From Candidatus Krumholzibacteriota bacterium (GTDB lineage Bacteria > Krumholzibacteriota > Krumholzibacteriia > LZORAL124-64-63), in NCBI GenBank assembly GCA_039714075.1, contig JBDLKA010000077.1, forward strand, positions 1 to 17,877: a DNA stretch of 17,877 nt, written 5' to 3'. Below the pieces are notes generated by a model that ran no database searches, was not told the origin of the DNA, and saw nothing but the letters and a program-made list of their open reading frames with translations. Below, one piece after another: positions 16,679 to 17,877 of the stretch (position 1 is the first letter of the stretch; every line of letters starts with the position of its first letter). The translations under genes and the position numbers were made by a program.

Positions 16679-17877
16679 GTGACGCCGGTCCTGGAAATCG
16701 TTTCGCATCCCACGGGGCCCTGGTTGGTGAAGGCGGGGAACATCATGTACGCGGTGCCTCCCCGGCTCGGCCGGGCGTTGCGGCCCCTGGCGGGGCGGTT
16801 GCCTGCCCGCCGGGAAATCCGCAACTGCCTGGCCGAAGTCCGGCGGGGCCATGAACTGTCAAAACCTGAAATCGATACCTGGGTGGATGAACTGGGTCGC
16901 GCCCTGGCACCCGACCCCGCGCCGGCAAAGGGCCGGGCCGGGCTGCGCCGGGTCGGCCGTCCCATCCGCCTGCGCGTTCCCCTGGTTCCGGCCCCCGTCG
17001 TGCGCCGTCTCGCGGGCATTCTGCGCGTGCCGGCCGGAAACCGTGGCCTGGTGTTCGTGGCCGCGTTGGGTTTGGCGGGGTACGTGGCGGCGGGATACAT
17101 GGCGGCCGGGTCCTGGCGGGTCGGGTTCTCCTGGGACCTCGAAACCGCGGCCGCCGGGCTCGGCCTGTTTCTTTTGACCGCGGTCTGGCACGAACTGGGT
17201 CACGCCGCGGCCCTGGCCCGGTCGGGATACCCCCCGGGGGGCATCGGGGCCGGGGTGTTGTTCGTGATTCCGGTCCTGTTCGCCGACGTTACGGCCATGG
17301 GCGTTCTGCCGCGGGCCGGCCGGATCCGGGTAGATGTTTCCGGAATGATCTTCCAATTGGGGGCCGGAGGTTTTCTCATGGCGCTGGCCGCCTGGGGTGG
17401 CGCCGACCGGGCCTGGACCCCGGCCCTGACCCTGGCCGGATCGTCGGCCCTGCTGGCGATTTCCTGGAGCCTGTTCCCCTTCCTCCATTCGGACGGCTAT
17501 TGGCTGCTGTGCGATCTGCTGGGACTGGAAAGCCTGGACCGCCCGCCGGCCGAACCTGCGGGAAAGGGTCTACGGCTATTTTTGGTGGGGTATCAGCTGA
17601 CCAACGCTGCGTTTCTGCTGATGATCGGAGTATTTTTCCCCTGGAAAATGGTGGGGTTGTTGGGTGGTTTGGTCCAGCATCTGGGTTATTCCCTGGATTC
17701 AGCGACCGGGCGGTGGGTGGCTGTTGCAGTGGGTTTCGGGTTCGTGGCCATGCTCGGGGTGGGCGTGGCCCACAGGGTAATGGCCCTGATCCGCTCGGCA
17801 CGCGCCGGCATACTGGATATCACTGCGAAAAACGCCCCCCGGGGGGCATTTGGGGACAATAAATATGTTGTCAATAG
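16679..17877 (+). CDS. M50 (site-2) membrane zinc metallopeptidase, YydH/EpeP-like, 3'-truncated by the window
   Basis: Translated by hand from the GTG at 16679 (MTPVLEIVSHPTGPWLV...), with no stop before the window end. HELGH at 17189-17203, then G..G.G..FVIPVLFADVT, RIRVDVSG and SLFPFLHSDGYWLL.DLLG at about 17468-17524. Several TM helices. Not in the supplied ORF track. Confidence 0.88.
   Translation, partial: MTPVLEIVSHPTGPWLVKAGNIMYAVPPRLGRALRPLAGRLPARREIRNCLAEVRRGHELSKPEIDTWVDELGRALAPDPAPAKGRAGLRRVGRPIRLRVPLVPAPVVRRLAGILRVPAGNRGLVFVAALGLAGYVAAGYMAAGSWRVGFSWDLETAAAGLGLFLLTAVWHELGHAAALARSGYPPGGIGAGVLFVIPVLFADVTAMGVLPRAGRIRVDVSGMIFQLGAGGFLMALAAWGGADRAWTPALTLAGSSALLAISWSLFPFLHSDGYWLLCDLLGLESLDRPPAEPAGKGLRLFLVGYQLTNAAFLLMIGVFFPWKMVGLLGGLVQHLGYSLDSATGRWVAVAVGFGFVAMLGVGVAHRVMALIRSARAGILDITAKNAPRGAFGDNKYVVN

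Noticed and set aside
16600..17874. Track ORFs 16672..16854, 16851..17177, 16859..17488, 17376..17801 and 17500..17862
   Set aside because: They are off-frame or antisense shadows of the real M50 peptidase ORF starting at 16679, with low-complexity Arg/Pro/Gly translations.
1..17877. CRISPR arrays, tRNA/rRNA genes, transposases or integrases
   Set aside because: No regularly spaced repeats, RNA-gene signatures or recombinase motifs were seen.

Overview
GC-rich bacterial DNA. An FlgD-Ig/T9SS-type C-terminal domain protein suggests an FCB-superphylum lineage, though this is inference. Left to right: (1) a + strand operon of three URO-D/MtaA-superfamily paralogues around a B12-binding corrinoid protein (1-3682); (2) a lower-GC secreted hypothetical protein on the - strand; (3) an amino-sugar scavenging block with an SSS symporter (+) converging on a Tat-lipoprotein GH109 coupled to a fused nucleotidyltransferase/N-acetylhexosamine-1-kinase-like gene (-), plus a secreted FlgD-Ig-tagged enzyme; (4) SpmAB, an outer-membrane beta-barrel and DUF2797; (5) the most interesting part, a tightly coupled + strand operon at 15213->17877. 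It encodes an 87-aa precursor-like peptide (ELEERME leader-like motif, CCTCK core), an LpxL/LPLAT-like acyltransferase with an apparent C-terminal RRE-like domain, and a YydH/EpeP-like M50 membrane peptidase with an apparent N-terminal RRE-like domain. The peptidase is missing from the ORF track because it runs off the window. Together these suggest a candidate lipidated RiPP system.
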